A stretch of 64,000 bases of DNA from Dehalococcoidia bacterium (GTDB taxonomy: Bacteria > Chloroflexota > Dehalococcoidia > Plut-88900), in contig CBDFLQ010000006.1 of assembly GCA_965249275.1 (NCBI GenBank), forward strand, positions 832,001 to 896,000, written 5' to 3'. The notes beneath the pieces were generated by a model. It saw only the letters and a program-made list of their open reading frames with translations. It searched no databases and was not told the origin of the DNA. Below are positions 1-9,654 of the stretch, in pieces (the stretch's first letter is position 1; the number at the start of each line of letters is the position of its first letter). Both the position numbers and the translations under genes were made by a program.

Positions 1-57
1 GCCTCCACCGGGAAGGCCACGGCCATACAGCGCGTAGACAGGTTTCTGGACTGACCC

Positions 58-891
58 GTGCACGTAGACCTCCACTCTCACACCACCATCTCCGACGGCG
101 TCCTATCCCCGGAGGAGCTTGTCGACCACGCCGCACATAAGGGCGTTCGATTCCTGGCCATTACCGACCACGACACCACCGGCGGTCTAGCCCGCGCCTT
201 CGAACGCGGTAAGAGGCACCCATCCCTCACCATCATCCCGGGCGTCGAGCTCAGCGCAGACGTGCCCGAGGGCGAAGTCCACATACTCGGCTATCTCGAT
301 TCTTACGAAGCCCCGGGCTTCCAGAGCGAGATGGAGAGATTCCGTGAGGGACGCGTGGGTCGGGCCGAGGGGATGGTCAAAAAGCTGAGTAAGATTGGGC
401 TGGAGATCGACTGGGAGATGGTCAAGGAGATCGCGGGGGACGGAGCTATCGGCCGGCCCCACGTGGCCCAGGCCCTCGTCGAAAAGAGTCACGTTAAGTC
501 GGTGCAAGAAGCGTTTGATCTATACATAGGCCGGGACGGGCCCGCGTATGTCGGGAGGGTCAAGTTGACTCCCGCCGACGCCATCCGGCTCATCCAATCG
601 GTCGGGGGACGGGCGGTGCTAGCTCACCCTAGCTTCACCCGCAACGTAGAGTCCATGCTCCCGAGCCTCAAGGCCGACGGTCTCGCCGGGATGGAAGTCT
701 ACTACGCCAGGTACTCCCGCGATCAGGTTGCCCGACTAAAACGCCTCGCCGATCAGCATGGCCTGGTGCCCTGTGGCGGCAGCGACTACCACGGGCCGGG
801 TCTCGGGCCCGACGTGGACCTGGGAGACGTGGACGTTCCCGAGTCCACGGTTGTCAGGCTTTTGGGAATCGGGGATTCGAAAGGCGGCTAG
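58..891 (+). CDS. PHP-domain phosphoesterase (TrpH/YciV-like)
   Basis: DLHSHT, AITDHD, GVELS, GRPH, VLAHP and GGSDYHG motifs. Confidence 0.9.
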   Translation: MHVDLHSHTTISDGVLSPEELVDHAAHKGVRFLAITDHDTTGGLARAFERGKRHPSLTIIPGVELSADVPEGEVHILGYLDSYEAPGFQSEMERFREGRVGRAEGMVKKLSKIGLEIDWEMVKEIAGDGAIGRPHVAQALVEKSHVKSVQEAFDLYIGRDGPAYVGRVKLTPADAIRLIQSVGGRAVLAHPSFTRNVESMLPSLKADGLAGMEVYYARYSRDQVARLKRLADQHGLVPCGGSDYHGPGLGPDVDLGDVDVPESTVVRLLGIGDSKGG

Positions 892-892
892 C

Positions 893-1336
893 GTGAGCGA
901 AACGGTGCTGTCGGCCCAGCAGATCCAGGAACTTCTGCCGCACCGGTGGCCATTTCTGATGGTCGACCGGATTATAGAGCTGGAACCCGGGGCACGGGCC
1001 GTGGGTATTAAGAACGTCAGCATCAACGAGCCCTTCTTCCAGGGCCACTTTCCCGGTTACCCCATCATGCCCGGAGTCCTCATCGTGGAGGCCCTGGCGC
1101 AGGTCGGCTCCGTGGCTCTGCTCAGCCTGGAACAGAACCGAGGCAAGGTGGGCTACTTTGCCGGTATCGACTCGTTCCGGTTCCGCAAGCCCGTCCAGCC
1201 CGGCGACGTTCTCCGCATGGAAGTCTCGCTGGAGCGGATGCGGGGAGCGGTGGGCAAGGCGAAGGCCAAAGCCGAGGTGGACGGCAAGACCGTCGCCGCG
1301 GGAGAGCTCACATTCGCCATCGGCGACTTGGGGTAG
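893..1336 (+). CDS. fabZ: 3-hydroxyacyl-ACP dehydratase FabZ
   Basis: [44 protein letters not shown]; GTG at 893 follows the upstream stop and is in frame with the 758..1336 ORF. Confidence 0.95.
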   Translation: MSETVLSAQQIQELLPHRWPFLMVDRIIELEPGARAVGIKNVSINEPFFQGHFPGYPIMPGVLIVEALAQVGSVALLSLEQNRGKVGYFAGIDSFRFRKPVQPGDVLRMEVSLERMRGAVGKAKAKAEVDGKTVAAGELTFAIGDLG

Positions 1337-1368
1337 GTTTGACTCCTGGCCCTGTTCGATAATCTCCC

Positions 1369-1875
1369 ATGCAGTGCGCTACTCACCCTAATACGGAGAC
1401 ACTTCTATCCTGCGGCAAGTGCGATAAGCCAATCTGCCCCAGGTGTCTCGTCCACACGCCTGTCGGGGCGCGATGTAAGGAGTGCGCCAACGTCCGACGT
1501 TCCCCCATATACGAGGTTAGCACTCTCTACTACCTGAAGGCCGCGGGCGCGGGGCTCGGGTTGGCTTTGGCCGGGGGTGTCGTGTGGGCACTGCTGCGCG
1601 GGGTGCCGTTTGCCTCCATCATCACCTCGATCATCGTGGGGTTGGCAATAGGGGAGGGGATTTCGAGGGTGGCGAACAGGAAGCGGGGAGTGGGCTTGCA
1701 GGTAATCGCTGCAGTCAGTGTGATTGCGAGCAGCTTCGTCGGTAAGGCAATCCAGGCTGCGTTCTTCTACGATCTATCGGGGCAGACGCTCAGGCAATAT
1801 GTACTATCGGTTGACGTGTATCTGCTGCTGTTCCTGGGGGTGGGGGTGTTCTACGCTATCGGGCGGTTGCGGTAG
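1369..1875 (+). CDS. B-box-like zinc finger membrane protein
   Basis: CxxH...CxxC...CxxC...CxxC N-terminus followed by about four hydrophobic helices. Confidence 0.75.
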   Translation: MQCATHPNTETLLSCGKCDKPICPRCLVHTPVGARCKECANVRRSPIYEVSTLYYLKAAGAGLGLALAGGVVWALLRGVPFASIITSIIVGLAIGEGISRVANRKRGVGLQVIAAVSVIASSFVGKAIQAAFFYDLSGQTLRQYVLSVDVYLLLFLGVGVFYAIGRLR

Positions 1876-1953
1876 GTGCCCTCCATGCTTTGGATATCGA
1901 CAAGCTCGCAGAGAGCGGGGGTCTTATAAGAATTACTAGCTGAGGAAAATCCG

Positions 1954-3918
1954 ATGAAGTCTGGGGAATATATTTCAGTTGCTCTAATTGCGTTGGTCGC
2001 CCTGGTAGGACTTGGGTCCGTGGGGGAATGCAATAACGACCGGACCTATGAGTGGGAAAGCAACGCATCAGGCGCATATTTTAAGCCGAACTGGACACCA
2101 GACGGTGCGCACATTGTTTTCGATAGATACGTTGTTGACGTTGAGGGCACAAATCTTCGCTCAATCGTACCTGACTCGCAGATGGGTGGGGAATTCGACC
2201 TTCAAACTTCGACGAATGTGTCGCTAGTTGAACCCATGGTGGCCTATACAACCCTGCGACATGGGAATGGAATTCCGGGTATAAGGACATATAGTTGGGA
2301 CATCGTTACCTCCGCCCTGGACGGGTCGTCTTATGAAAGGCTCACGTCGGAGGAGTCCCGGGAGGTTAGTCCTATCTGGTCTCCTGACGGTGCCCGGATT
2401 GCTTTCTTCTCGGATGGAGATACCGAATTCTCCGGACGGTTCAACCTATTCGTAATGGACAGTGACGGCTCGAATGTGGGAAACCTGACACCGTCTATTG
2501 AAGTGGCTACCGATCCGGTAGCCTGGTCGCCGGCCGGAGACCGGATCACTTTCTGGGTGAAGGAGATGAAGGAGGAGACTGACGGGAAAGAATACCCGTA
2601 CGACCACGTGTTGCACGTCATAGACGCAGATGGGTCCAACATGCGGACGCTTAACACGACGGGCAACCCTCTCGCGTGGTCTCCCGACGGCCGGAAACTG
2701 GCCTTTATGCCAGAGCGCAGGCGTAACGACCACGAAAGCCCACGAACTATCGTAGTAGTGAATGTCGATGAAGAACTCCAAGCGCGAACCATAACCATCG
2801 ATCCTCCACCCGAGGTATCTGGAGAAAACATCACAGATGCCGGAGCGTTAACCTGGGCTGAAGACGGATCAGACATTCTGTTCGTCTCTTGCCACTCTAA
2901 CCCCAACGAGTTGAGAACATACTCGGTAAATGCCACGGGGCCAGCTACCTTCTCATTGATTGGGCGATGGCACGCACTAGCCGAATGTATATCACACGAG
3001 CAAGTAGCATGGTCACCGGACCGCTCTCTAATCGCCGTTTGGGAGGACGACAGTAGATGGCACCCCCACCACAAGTTATTTGTAATTTACCCCGACGGAA
3101 CAGGATACCAAGAACTGGCTATCAGGGATGAAGATGGGAGGTGGATAGCCGCCAATGCTCAGTCCCCAAGCTTAGCTGAAGACATCTCTGCCTGCTCTGA
3201 GGGATTCGTGGTGCCCAGAGGTGATCTTTATGTTGGACTGATCCGTGACTGCGAAACGCTTCTCGAGATTGCGAACGAACTTGTTGGGGCAAACGTACCA
3301 TTGAACTGGGGAGCTGACGAAAAGATCGACACTTGGGAAGGGGTAGTGATTGGCGGTGATTCGCCCCGGATAACAGGTCTATCCTTCGACCGGATCTTCG
3401 GATTCACGGGCGGATTGCCTGCCGACCTTGTCAAACTTACCGCCTTGGAGACTTTCTCTATTGAAGGCGGATCTATTCCAGGTACCATACCTCCACACTT
3501 GGCAAACTTGAAGAACCTTAGGCACCTAACATTAGGAAGCATTGAAGTGAGTGGCCCGATTCCTCCTGAATTGGGCGACCTCACCAACCTGGAGACCCTG
3601 AGTCTCTACGACAATAATCTCTCAGGCCCAATTCCGTCTGAATTGGGTGACCTGACCAACCTGGAGACCCTAATTCTCAGTTCCAATAATCTCTCGGGCC
3701 CCATCCCCCCGGAATTGGCCAAATTGGTCAATTTACAGGACCTGTTTCTTTCTAACAACCTACTCGAAGGAGAAATACCGCACAGCGTGATACAAATAGC
3801 GACTTTGCAGCGTGTGCATTTGAAGGATAACCACTTGAGTGGATGCGTCCCAGCGGATTTCGCCAGGAACTGGCGGTACGAGATGGATGACGAGATCGAA
3901 GCTTGTGAGGATAACTGA
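1954..3918 (+). CDS. Exported TolB-like (PD40) beta-propeller fused to plant-type leucine-rich repeats
   Basis: Hydrophobic N-terminus; repeated WSPDG blades; C-terminal LxxLxxLxLxxNxLSGPIPxELG 24-aa repeats. Confidence 0.85.
   Translation: MKSGEYISVALIALVALVGLGSVGECNNDRTYEWESNASGAYFKPNWTPDGAHIVFDRYVVDVEGTNLRSIVPDSQMGGEFDLQTSTNVSLVEPMVAYTTLRHGNGIPGIRTYSWDIVTSALDGSSYERLTSEESREVSPIWSPDGARIAFFSDGDTEFSGRFNLFVMDSDGSNVGNLTPSIEVATDPVAWSPAGDRITFWVKEMKEETDGKEYPYDHVLHVIDADGSNMRTLNTTGNPLAWSPDGRKLAFMPERRRNDHESPRTIVVVNVDEELQARTITIDPPPEVSGENITDAGALTWAEDGSDILFVSCHSNPNELRTYSVNATGPATFSLIGRWHALAECISHEQVAWSPDRSLIAVWEDDSRWHPHHKLFVIYPDGTGYQELAIRDEDGRWIAANAQSPSLAEDISACSEGFVVPRGDLYVGLIRDCETLLEIANELVGANVPLNWGADEKIDTWEGVVIGGDSPRITGLSFDRIFGFTGGLPADLVKLTALETFSIEGGSIPGTIPPHLANLKNLRHLTLGSIEVSGPIPPELGDLTNLETLSLYDNNLSGPIPSELGDLTNLETLILSSNNLSGPIPPELAKLVNLQDLFLSNNLLEGEIPHSVIQIATLQRVHLKDNHLSGCVPADFARNWRYEMDDEIEACEDN
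3545..3790 (+). repeat. 72-bp coding tandem repeats (LRR units)
   Basis: Near-identical ACCAACCTGGAGACCCT and AATAATCTCTC blocks at 72-bp spacing. Confidence 0.8.
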
Positions 3919-3965
3919 CTCCCATTTGACGCCTCCCACGCCATCATCGTAAAGTTAAGTCAGGC

Positions 3966-4040
3966 GCGGGCGTAACTCAGTGGTAGAGTGTCTGCTTCCC
4001 AAGCAGGAGGTCGAGGGTTCGAATCCCTTCGCCCGCTCCA
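3966..4040 (+). tRNA. tRNA-Gly (CCC)
   Basis: GCGGGCG acceptor stem, anticodon loop TTCCCAA, GGTTCGAATCC T-arm, 3' CCA; TTGACG-N18-TAAAGT upstream. Confidence 0.95.
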
Positions 4041-4052
4041 CCCCCAAGCTCC

Positions 4053-4835
4053 ATGTTCATACTCTCAGACGCCGATCTAAAATTCATCGTCGAGACCCTC
4101 TACCCGGACATGCGAGACCGTGCCAGGGTATCTGAAGCCGTACGCGATAAGCCCGACATCCTGGACGCCATGATCGGGGATACGCGCCTAGCTGAGAGGG
4201 TGCTGGACGACGAGGAAGCTGTCGTACACATTTCGCCCCGGCTGTTGTTCACAATACTGCTGCGCCAGACGCGTCGGGACCTGGACAACCAGCCCTACAT
4301 CAACGAGATAGGGGACCGGGGCGAGGTCATACCCGTATTCGAGTCTTCCAAAGTGGCCGATCTGCTCGACGAGGAGCCGCCTCGGGACTATCTCGCGGAT
4401 ATGATGTCCTCCTTCTCCAAGACCCAGTCCACGGTGGTCTACTCCCTGGAGCGCGGCCGGCTGAGGAAACGGCGCTTCAGCAGCATGGACATGGACGACA
4501 TGATATACGCCGCTCGGCACGCTGAGCCCACAGAGCGCCCGGACTACTACCGCCGCATTGCGGACATAGCGCTGTTCATGACCGGGGTATATCCTCACCA
4601 AGCCATCCGAAGCCCGCGCCGTCGGCGCTTCGCTCATCGGCGAACCCTCGCCGATTACGAACGGGAGGGCAGCACCTTCTACGGTCTAGCGGCCAGGGAG
4701 TTAGACGTGCCGGAACTCGGGGATGTGATGGTTACGCTATCGGAGAACTTCACGCTGGCTCGGCGCGCTCTCAATCATTTGAGTGAGAGGTACATTCGGG
4801 CTCGGAGTGAGCGGTATTTTGGGGTGGGGCTTTAG
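4053..4835 (+). CDS. Hypothetical protein
   Basis: 260-aa ORF with host-like codon bias starting 12 nt after tRNA-Gly. Confidence 0.75.
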   Translation: MFILSDADLKFIVETLYPDMRDRARVSEAVRDKPDILDAMIGDTRLAERVLDDEEAVVHISPRLLFTILLRQTRRDLDNQPYINEIGDRGEVIPVFESSKVADLLDEEPPRDYLADMMSSFSKTQSTVVYSLERGRLRKRRFSSMDMDDMIYAARHAEPTERPDYYRRIADIALFMTGVYPHQAIRSPRRRRFAHRRTLADYEREGSTFYGLAARELDVPELGDVMVTLSENFTLARRALNHLSERYIRARSERYFGVGL

Positions 4836-4890
4836 GTAAGCCTTCGGTGAGCCAAGTATCTTATCCTGCGTGATTGTGGGATCACTTTCA

Positions 4891-4912
4891 CCCTCACCCT
4901 GCCCTCTCCCAT
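4891..4912 (+). repeat. Left half of REP-like palindrome (CCCTCACCCTGCCCTCTCCCAT); right half at 6180..6197
   Basis: Removing the IS rejoins CCCTCTCCC-ATCAA-GGGAGAGGG into a hairpin. Confidence 0.75.
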
Positions 4913-6179
4913 TGTATAGACCGGGGACATAGGTTACACATGTTCGGAGACATGGGTTACACCATAAGGCATGGTAAATCTGTTTCAGGAGGGTTTTCAT
5001 GCCATGGAAGGTTACAAGTGCCATGTCTCAACGCGAAGAGTTCGTCGCCCTGGCACAGTCCGAGGGTGTGAATATGAGCGAACTGTGTCTGCGCAGTGGG
5101 ATCAGCCGCAAGACCGGCTACAAGTGGCTGAGACGATACCTCGAAGGCGGAGAGCAGAGTCTGGATGATCTCCCGAAGCGTTCCCGTCACTCCCCGAACC
5201 GCACGGGCGCCGAGATGGAGCAGCTCGTCGTAGACCTTCGTAGTGAGCACCCCACCAAGGGAGGACACGTACTGGCCAGGATGCTCAAGGATAGTGGTCA
5301 CAACGGCGTGCCGTCCAAGAGCACGGTCACGGCCATCCTCAGACGACATCGACTTATAGAGCCGGCGGACAGCCTCAAGCACAAGCCGTACAGACGCTTC
5401 GAGCACCAACGGCCCAACGACCTTTGGCAAATGGACTTCAAGGGGCATATCCCAGTAGGCAGTGGTGGACGGTGTCACCCACTGACGGTACTGGACGACC
5501 ATTCGAGGTTCTCCCTGGGCGTGAGGGCTTGTGCAGACGAGAAGACTCAGACTGTCCATGACCATCTCACGTCCATCTTCCGCCGCTACGGCATGCCCAA
5601 CCCGATACTGGTAGACAATGGCTCCCCCTGGGGCAGCGACTTCTACCACCCCTTCACCCCGCTCACCGTCTGGCTGGTGCAACTGGGAGTCAGGGTGGTC
5701 CATAGCAGGCCATACCATCCTCAGACCCTCGGCAAGCTCGAGCGCTTCCACAGGTCCCTCAAGGCGGAACTGCTCCAGGGAAGTAAATACACCGACCTGT
5801 CCCACTGCCAGAGCAGCTTCGACAGGTGGAGAGACTTCTACAACCTCCAGCGGCCTCACCACGCCCTGGACCTCGATACCCCCGCCAGTAGATACACCAT
5901 CAGCCCTCGGCTTTTCCCGGAGACCCTTCCGACCGTCGAGTACGATACCAATGACCAAGTACGCTCCGTCGATGACAACGGCCGAATATCCTTCCTGGGC
6001 AGATCACTCCCCATCGGTAAAGCCTTCAGAAACAGGAGGGTCGCTCTGAGACCCACAGCCAACGATGGCACATGGAAGGTCTTTTTCTCCGTACAGCCCA
6101 TCGCTACCATAGATCTAAGTCGATAGAATGTGTTACCTATCTCCCCGAACAACTGTTACCCATGTCCCCGGTCTGTACA
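4913..6179 (+). mobile_element. IS481-family insertion sequence, apparently intact
   Basis: TGT...ACA ends; terminal IRs TGTATAGACCGGGGACAT / ATGTCCCCGGTCTGTACA; subterminal GACATRGGTTACAC repeats; 5-bp flanking duplication CCCAT. Confidence 0.92.
4999..6126 (+). CDS. IS481-family DDE transposase
   Basis: MPW start, HTH (ISRKTGYKWLRRY), WQMDFKG, VDNG, GKLERFHRSLK rve motifs. Confidence 0.95.
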   Translation: MPWKVTSAMSQREEFVALAQSEGVNMSELCLRSGISRKTGYKWLRRYLEGGEQSLDDLPKRSRHSPNRTGAEMEQLVVDLRSEHPTKGGHVLARMLKDSGHNGVPSKSTVTAILRRHRLIEPADSLKHKPYRRFEHQRPNDLWQMDFKGHIPVGSGGRCHPLTVLDDHSRFSLGVRACADEKTQTVHDHLTSIFRRYGMPNPILVDNGSPWGSDFYHPFTPLTVWLVQLGVRVVHSRPYHPQTLGKLERFHRSLKAELLQGSKYTDLSHCQSSFDRWRDFYNLQRPHHALDLDTPASRYTISPRLFPETLPTVEYDTNDQVRSVDDNGRISFLGRSLPIGKAFRNRRVALRPTANDGTWKVFFSVQPIATIDLSR

Positions 6180-6246
6180 CCCATCAAGGGAGAGGGGACA
6201 GGACCTTTCCACCACCCCTCTAGGACACGGTTGTATGTCAGCTCGC

Positions 6247-7161
6247 CTAGGGGACGACCAGTAGGTTGTCTTCGGTGAGGACGTGGGTCTCGGTGGCGAG
6301 TTCTTCGCGGAGGAGGCGGGGGAGGAGGAAGAGGCCCTGGTGGGTGATACCATCGTAGGCACGGCACGGCTTTGAGATCCGGGTGGCGAGGGCTGAGTCC
6401 ACGTCGGCTACTGAGAGGGTTGAGGGGTCTATGGTCTGGCTCGCGGTGGCGAAACCCCAGTCGCCGCTGAAGCTCGGGACGACGGCGTGGTAGGGCACCA
6501 CCTTGTCGAATATCTCGGACAATGTGTGGCAGATGGCCGTGAATGCTGCTGACCGGCGAAAGTCTACGGTCTCGGCCTGGATCGCCATGATGCCACCGAG
6601 AGCCAGTCTGTCCCGCACCACCCTATAGAAGCGCTCGGTGAAGAGAAGAGCGGACGGGTTTCCTTCCACGGGGTCGGAGAGATCAATGAATATAACGTCG
6701 AACGTGGCGTCGGTGTTTTCCAGGTATTCCTTTGCGTCCTGGTGGAGGAGGGTAGTGCGGGGGTCATCGAATGCGCCGTCGTGCCAGGCGGGGAGATAGC
6801 GGCGAGATGCTTCAATTACGTCACGGTCGATATCGACCATCACGGCTTGCTTAACGCTCTTGTGATACAGGACTTCCCTGAGGGTGGCGCCTTCGCCGCC
6901 GCCGGCGATGAACACACGCTCGGGGCCCGGGTGGGTGATCATGGCCGGATGGACGAGCATCTCATGGTATATGAACTCGTCCGACTCCGCGGACTGGGTC
7001 TTGCCGTCGAGGACCAGGATGCGACCAAAAGCAAGGGTGTCGACTATCTCGATGGTCTGGTACTCGCTCTGCCCTGAGTAGACCACGTCGGAAATCATTA
7101 ACTCGTGGTACAGGTGCTCGGATACCGACTCCCTGAACCATAGGCTGTGATCTCTGGTCAT
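6247..7161 (-). CDS. speE: Polyamine aminopropyltransferase (spermidine synthase)
   Basis: LVLDGKTQ, YHEMLVHP, GGGEGATLRE, FDVIFIDLSDP. Confidence 0.93.
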   Translation of the reverse strand: MTRDHSLWFRESVSEHLYHELMISDVVYSGQSEYQTIEIVDTLAFGRILVLDGKTQSAESDEFIYHEMLVHPAMITHPGPERVFIAGGGEGATLREVLYHKSVKQAVMVDIDRDVIEASRRYLPAWHDGAFDDPRTTLLHQDAKEYLENTDATFDVIFIDLSDPVEGNPSALLFTERFYRVVRDRLALGGIMAIQAETVDFRRSAAFTAICHTLSEIFDKVVPYHAVVPSFSGDWGFATASQTIDPSTLSVADVDSALATRISKPCRAYDGITHQGLFLLPRLLREELATETHVLTEDNLLVVP

Positions 7162-7194
7162 GGTTTCACCCGTCCTGACCCTGAGACCACGGGG

Positions 7195-7569
7195 CTAGGA
7201 GCCGACGGAAACGGGGCTCCGGGTCAGGATTCCCCTTTTGACGACCATAAGGGAGGGGTCTTCACACTTGAACTTCTCTATCAGAAGATCGGCAACCCTG
7301 CTGGGGTCGAAGGTCTGGCCGCAGGTGAACACGTCTACGGCGGCGTAGCGATACTCGGGCCAGGTGTGCACGCAAAGATGGGACTCGGAGATGGGCACCA
7401 CGCCGGTCACACCCTGGGGGTGGAACTTGTGGAATGACTCTCCAAGAATGCGAGCCCCCATCTCCTGCGCCGCGGACATGAGGGCTTCTCTCACTGCAGA
7501 CAGATCGTCCAGGACGGCGCTGTCGCAGTTCTTCAATTCCAGAAGTAAGTGGTTTCCTAGGACATTCAA
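7195..7569 (-). CDS. speD: S-adenosylmethionine decarboxylase proenzyme (SpeH type)
   Basis: FHPQGVTG, ISESHLCVHTWPE pyruvoyl cleavage motif, DVFTCG. Confidence 0.95.
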   Translation of the reverse strand: MNVLGNHLLLELKNCDSAVLDDLSAVREALMSAAQEMGARILGESFHKFHPQGVTGVVPISESHLCVHTWPEYRYAAVDVFTCGQTFDPSRVADLLIEKFKCEDPSLMVVKRGILTRSPVSVGS

Positions 7570-7682
7570 TCACCCGCCCCCCATTTTAGATTTGCGCGCG
7601 CAGGCAACGCATTATATAAATCGCGGCGGCTTCTGACAACCGCAGGGCACCGCACGAAAGAAATATACGGAGGACTAAAGGC

Positions 7683-8534
7683 TTAGCTTACGCCCATGGC
7701 TTCGTCCAAGGCCGACGTGTCTATGGAACTCTCTACCAGGGCGCTGAACTCCCGGAGCTTGGCCTCGCCGTCCAGCCCGGGCCCCGAGAGAATCTCCTCG
7801 ATGGCGTCCAGGGTATCGAGGGTATCCTTCTCGACGACGGCGATGGTCACCTGCAGCTCCTTGGCTCGCTCCAGGACGTAGGGTATTGGCTCGAAGTCAC
7901 CGGTGAGGATGAGGCAGCGAGTCGGGGTGTTCATGGCGGCCCACTGGAAGTCGGGGCGGTCACCCTTGGCGATAACAGCCTTCTTGTCCCGCTGTCCGAA
8001 GTACTCGGGGCCTGCGGGGAAGTCCTCGGCGTCCAGGAGGTTGGCCCCGACCATCACGTGCTCGACCAGCAGGTCCCGACCCTCGGCTTCCAGGGCGTAC
8101 CGGCCTTCGAGCCGGGCCACGAGGTCGTCGACGGTGATGCCGAACAAGGCTCGGCCTTCCGGCACGATCCCCAACACACGAAGCCCCGCCGACTCCAGCG
8201 CCGGTTTCAAGGTCTCTTCTGCTACACGTGCCCCGAGAGTCGGGACCCGGTTCACTATCACACCCACGAGGCCGTCGCCCAACGCCTCAGCCGCCGATTT
8301 GATCGACTCTGCGTCCAAGTCTCGGGAGAACCCCACTACCAGCACCGATGCCCCACCCGAACCCCCGTCCGCTCCCTCTACCAGCACTATGTCGGCGTCC
8401 TCTGCGGCTTGGGCCGAGGGCGCGAGGCATTGGACCTGTTTGCCCATTCCCTGCCATCGATGGGCGAGGGCGGCGATTATGGAAGACTTACCGTCTCCGG
8501 GCGATATGGAAGCGACGTTGAGGGACCTGGACAC
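7683..8534 (-). CDS. DRTGG-domain, phosphotransacetylase N-terminal-like protein
   Basis: BioD-like P-loop PGDGKS, GVIVNRV, GDRPD and LILTG motifs. Confidence 0.8.
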   Translation of the reverse strand: MSRSLNVASISPGDGKSSIIAALAHRWQGMGKQVQCLAPSAQAAEDADIVLVEGADGGSGGASVLVVGFSRDLDAESIKSAAEALGDGLVGVIVNRVPTLGARVAEETLKPALESAGLRVLGIVPEGRALFGITVDDLVARLEGRYALEAEGRDLLVEHVMVGANLLDAEDFPAGPEYFGQRDKKAVIAKGDRPDFQWAAMNTPTRCLILTGDFEPIPYVLERAKELQVTIAVVEKDTLDTLDAIEEILSGPGLDGEAKLREFSALVESSIDTSALDEAMGVS

Positions 8535-8762
8535 GCACTCCTCCTTGGCTTGAGGAAGGCGGCAAACCGCCTGTATTTGACGTGAATTTCGGCGTGGGGA
8601 TTATACCATAGGCATGCGTATTACCTTCACAGTATTCTCATTAAAGGGTACCGGTGAGCCGCCCGATGGGTGGGGCTTGCAGCCCGTCCGAACCGCCGGC
8701 ATTTGATTGTTTTAATCAAAAGTTCGTGCCTGCTTGATTGTTCCAGGGAAAGCTATTACGCG

Positions 8763-9533
8763 CTATCCGGGGGTAGGGGCGCCGGAGGAGGGGAAGGGAT
8801 GGGCATGGGAGATTATGGGGGTATGGGCTAGCAGGCGGTTCCTTTCGTGGGTGGTGGGGGAGGACGCCCCGCCCCAGGGCGACCAGCCGGTCGCCCCTAC
8901 GGGGGAGGGGACAGAGGGGGATGGGATGGAAGGTCCCGGACGGTTGCGCAGGAAGGCGGCGACGCCTGTACCGATGAGTGTTGTCCGCGACAGCGGATGT
9001 TCCACATCGACGCCGGCTTTGCGACAGCCCCGTGCTTCTGAGAGGACGTGGAAGAGACGCGAGGGGATCTCGGTGTGGGGCAGTCTCGACCACCAGAAGC
9101 GCCCGGCCATACGGAGATATGGGGGCGTGGACTCTGTGCCGCCGCTGTGTGGCATGGCCTCTCCGAGGGCAACGACGGTGGAGTCTCTGGGCACGATGGC
9201 CCTGGTGAGCAACTTGACGCCGTGCTCGTGGGCGTCGCCCGAGAGGGCGAGGGTGTTGCGCTGGGTGAGTGCAGCGCGCACTTGGCATTGGCCGTTGGAA
9301 AGGGTATGCCGTTTTTTGTCCGGGGATCTTCCATGGCAGGTCACGTAGACCGGGAGGGACAGTGATTGATCGCTGCGGAGGCGGAGGCGATGGGCCTTTG
9401 GGCAGCGCTTGTAGTGAGGGATGTGCACCGGGAAGGTGGGTGGAAGGGGGCAGGTGAAGAGGCGCGTGCCTGAGGCCGTGTGGTCCCATACCACTTGGGT
9501 ACGACGGGGCCTATGGAGGCTGGTGCGACTCAT
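8763..9533 (-). CDS. Hypothetical protein (orphan, Arg/His/Cys-rich)
   Basis: AGGAG RBS just upstream of ATG 9533, high GC at third positions, own promoter. Confidence 0.6.
   Translation of the reverse strand: MSRTSLHRPRRTQVVWDHTASGTRLFTCPLPPTFPVHIPHYKRCPKAHRLRLRSDQSLSLPVYVTCHGRSPDKKRHTLSNGQCQVRAALTQRNTLALSGDAHEHGVKLLTRAIVPRDSTVVALGEAMPHSGGTESTPPYLRMAGRFWWSRLPHTEIPSRLFHVLSEARGCRKAGVDVEHPLSRTTLIGTGVAAFLRNRPGPSIPSPSVPSPVGATGWSPWGGASSPTTHERNRLLAHTPIISHAHPFPSSGAPTPG
8877..8900 (-). repeat. GTAG-type REP palindrome
   Basis: GTAG-GGGCGACC-GGCT-GGTCGCCC on the minus strand. Confidence 0.7.
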
Positions 9534-9593
9534 GGGACTCCTATGTCCTTTTCCTTGATTAGGGCCGACGTACAAGGTCGGGGCCTGGGGGGT

Positions 9594-9623
9594 AATATAG
9601 TACATTTGTTTTGCTTAGGTCAA
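9594..9623 (-). promoter_or_regulatory. Sigma70-type promoter with putative LexA (SOS) box in the spacer
   Basis: TTGACC-N18-TATATT; AGTAC-ATTT-GTTTT at 9599..9612 resembles GAAC-N4-GTTC. Confidence 0.55.
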
Positions 9624-9654
9624 GGGGCTCATGTCACATTAGGATTGGGCTTTA

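Noticed and set aside
758-892. N-terminal extension of fabZ in the ORF track
   Set aside because: Overlaps the PHP gene; FabZ similarity starts at GTG 893
3545-3790. Regularly spaced repeats as a possible CRISPR array
   Set aside because: In-frame 72-bp LRR coding units with no unique spacers and no cas genes
8648-8700. c-di-AMP (ydaO) riboswitch
   Set aside because: Only loose resemblance to the 3' half; the 5' conserved block is absent and no gene follows on that strand
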